Assembly (NCBI GenBank): GCA_018818425.1
Contig: JAHISB010000026.1
Span: 525 to 64,524 of the forward strand
Length of the DNA stretch: 64,000 bases
From: Patescibacteria group bacterium
Lineage (GTDB): Bacteria; Patescibacteriota; Patescibacteriia; UBA1558; UBA10009
Direction of reading: 5' to 3'
Below the pieces are notes generated by a model. The model saw nothing but the letters and a program-made list of their open reading frames with translations. It was not told the DNA's origin and searched no databases. This document shows, piece after piece, positions 63,106 to 64,000 of this stretch; within the stretch, counting starts at the first letter, position 1; every line of letters starts with the position of its first letter. The position numbers and the translations under genes were made by a program.

Positions 63106-64000
63106 ATGACTTTAGGAATTAACTGGAAAATTTGCGGACCCGCCGGTTTTGGGATAATGTCCGTTGGCCGCATGTTTGCCAAAACCTGTTTAAGGCACGG
63201 CTGGCAGGTTTTTTGTTATACCGAATATCCTTCGCTGATCAGGGGCGGACATAACACATACCAAGTGCATGCTAACCCTAAGGATGTAAAAAGCCAAAAG
63301 AAAAATATAGAAATTTTAATTGCTCTTAATGAGAATACCATTGTCCAAAATCAGGGCGAACTGACTGATGGCGGAGCGGTAATTTACGATCCGGAAAAAA
63401 TTCCCAATATCCCCGATAAAAAACCAAGTTTAAAATATCTTGAAGTTCCCTTGAATAAAATTTCCAAAGAAATCTGCGGCACCGATTTAATGAAGAATAC
63501 GGTGGCCATGGGAGCCAGCTTAGGAATTTACCAAGGCGAGTTAGAAATATTAAATGATTTGATTAAAGAAGAATTTGCAAGCAAAAAGGGAAAAATTATT
63601 CAGCAGAATATAGAGGCGGCTAAAAAGGGTTATGAATTTGTGGGTCAAAATTCTGAATTAATAACCGGCAAACCCAAACTAACCAAGATTAAAGCTCCGG
63701 AACGAATCTTAATTACCGGCAACGAAGCAGTGAGCTTAGGCGCTCTGGCTGCCGGCTGTAAATTCTATGCGGCTTATCCCATGACGCCGGCAACTTCTAT
63801 CCTCCACTTTTTAGCCAAGCAGGAACGTAATTATGATATGGTCGTTAAGCAGGCGGAAGATGAAATTGCGGTGATTAACATGGCCATTGGCGCTTCGTTT
63901 GCCGGCGCGCGCTCGCTGTGCGCCACTTCGGGCGGCGGCTTTGCCTTAATGAACGAAAGCTTGGGCTTTGCCGCCATTGCCGAAATACCTTTAGTGGTTA
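63106..64000 (+). CDS. 2-oxoacid (pyruvate/2-oxoglutarate):ferredoxin oxidoreductase, fused gamma-alpha subunit (partial, runs off the window end)
   Basis: N-terminal gamma-subunit fold (ICGPAGFGIMSVGRMFAKTC...YPSLIRGGHNTYQV) followed by alpha-subunit domain I (ITGNEAVSLGALAAGCKFYAAYPMTPATSI). Confidence 0.8.
   Translation, partial: MTLGINWKICGPAGFGIMSVGRMFAKTCLRHGWQVFCYTEYPSLIRGGHNTYQVHANPKDVKSQKKNIEILIALNENTIVQNQGELTDGGAVIYDPEKIPNIPDKKPSLKYLEVPLNKISKEICGTDLMKNTVAMGASLGIYQGELEILNDLIKEEFASKKGKIIQQNIEAAKKGYEFVGQNSELITGKPKLTKIKAPERILITGNEAVSLGALAAGCKFYAAYPMTPATSILHFLAKQERNYDMVVKQAEDEIAVINMAIGASFAGARSLCATSGGGFALMNESLGFAAIAEIPLVV

Noticed and set aside
1-64000. CRISPR arrays and rRNA genes
   Set aside because: No regularly spaced direct repeats of 24-48 bp with unique spacers were found. 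The tandem repeats present (8-mer x6, 7-mer array, one 96-bp duplication) are too short, too few or lack spacers. No 16S/23S/5S-like sequence was seen.

Overview
This is a roughly 64 kb chromosomal segment from a low-GC bacterium with AT-rich intergenic regions and a few GC-rich genes. It is mostly housekeeping genes: uvrC, secG, an oligopeptide-type ABC substrate-binding protein, RNase J, trpS, murI, a phosphoglucomutase/phosphomannomutase, glyA, cutA, a riboflavin kinase, a UvrD/PcrA helicase, a pyrimidine cluster (pyrF-pyrE-pyrK-pyrD), argH, an ArgG fused to an MGS-like domain, RNase III, a NusB-Nudix fusion, rpmF, an Hsp20, a ZIP transporter, a PurD-like ligase and a tandem ATP-grasp ligase, a ferredoxin and a fused 2-oxoacid:ferredoxin oxidoreductase. 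These are interspersed with at least five families of short palindromic MITE/REP-like repeats. Mobile and accessory content includes an IS30-family insertion sequence (40459-41525) and a tRNA cluster (His, Arg, Glu plus tRNA fragments). A roughly 5.9 kb island abuts the 3' end of tRNA-His and is bounded by a 12-bp direct repeat of that tRNA end; it carries a 1591-aa helicase-nuclease (DUF4011, SF1 Upf1-like helicase, Vsr/DUF559-like PD-(D/E)xK nuclease and DUF3320) plus a 261-aa DUF4365-like nuclease-fold protein. That island is the strongest candidate for a novel or defence-type system in the window. Other notable points are a DinJ/YafQ-like toxin-antitoxin pair next to the tRNA cluster and a promoter-to-terminator delimited GC-rich candidate sRNA with an embedded 37-aa sORF (24813-25060). 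A tRNA-Trp is followed by a roughly 300-nt terminator-ended structured RNA of unknown identity. A 69-bp in-frame palindromic insertion sits inside the uvrC GIY-YIG region. There are several unusual domain fusions and tandem repeats. No rRNA and no CRISPR array were seen.
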